From Deltaproteobacteria bacterium (lineage in GTDB: Bacteria; Desulfobacterota; Desulfobulbia; Desulfobulbales; JAJRZW01), in assembly GCA_024275015.1 (NCBI GenBank), contig JAJRZW010000009.1, forward strand, positions 22,500 to 86,499: a DNA stretch of 64,000 bases, given 5' to 3'. The position numbers were made by a program, and so were the translations under genes. Below the pieces are notes generated by a model. It was not told the origin of the DNA and made no database searches. It worked only from the letters and a program-made list of their open reading frames with translations. Positions 63,685-64,000 of this stretch are shown one piece after another (position 1 is the first letter of the stretch; the number at the start of each line of letters is the position of its first letter).

Positions 63685-64000
63685 CTTCCGGCCCCGGCAC
63701 CTGTCATGCATGAACTTAACAGTATCACCACGTTCGCTACACAAGAATGATGCAACAATATGTTAGTCGGAGATTCTTTGCAATGCCCATTTTTAAATGT
63801 CATATCCAAACATATTAAGGGGGTCTTGAAAAATGGAGTTCACCCCCCACCCCGCAATTGCCAAAGGGAGGTAATCTTTCTAATCCTCTTTTCCGGCAGG
63901 GCGTCCCAGTGAATCAAACCGTCCGCCTGCTCCCGGGTCAGGGAGACGATTCCCTCACTGATGATCCCGGCGTTTATCCGGACATCCCAGGGCCGCGGTG

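Noticed and set aside
63840-64000. An open frame on the minus strand running into the window end (..PWDVRINAGIISEGIVSLTREQADGLIHWDALPEKRIRKITSLWQLRGGG*).
   Set aside because: Only 52 codons are visible with no recognisable motif. It may be the 3' end of a gene starting beyond the window, but I cannot support a call.

Overview
High-GC (roughly 55-60% by eye) chromosomal segment that reads like a sulfate-reducing or sulfur-cycling Desulfobacterota (deltaproteobacterial) genome. Gene content: glnD-glnA; a selenocysteine-containing selD; an NtrC-type two-component pair; an Rrf2 regulator followed by a ThiS-like/MetY/MoeB-like/JAMM/TusA-like sulfur-carrier operon; argJ, secA, argS, alr; a CbiA/DsrN-like amidase; dsrA-dsrB-dsrD; a CoA-disulfide-reductase/rhodanese fusion; sat; aroB; a flagellar filament locus (flaG, fliS, fliD, one giant flagellin) with an attached flagellin-glycosylation island (maf, nonulosonic-acid synthase fusion, CMP-sugar synthetase, two radical SAM enzymes, methyltransferase, SDR); tatC; and a large STAND/SARP-type regulator. 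I saw no rRNA, tRNA, CRISPR array, transposase, integrase or phage genes. Four things are not explained by the gene list. (1) At least three families of short, strongly structured intergenic repeats: family A (~155 bp, TTAA-bounded, five hairpins, at least 10 copies), family B (~190-bp foldback, 3 full plus 1 partial) and family C (~45-70 bp, 4 copies). They cluster into mosaics, sit on stop codons and in 3' UTRs, show compensatory stem mutations and bracket dsrABD. (2) Four otherwise intact genes are interrupted: in-frame TAA in metY, in-frame TAG in the flagellin, and -1 frameshifts in homopolymer runs of tatC (T9) and maf (A7). This is in addition to the genuine UGA-Sec codon of selD. (3) A catalytically degenerate topoisomerase-IA-like protein is divergent from a hyper-acidic FGE-domain protein. 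(4) A low-GC two-gene insert lies inside the glycosylation island. All calls rest on reading the sequence and the ORF translations by eye; no database search or alignment program was run.
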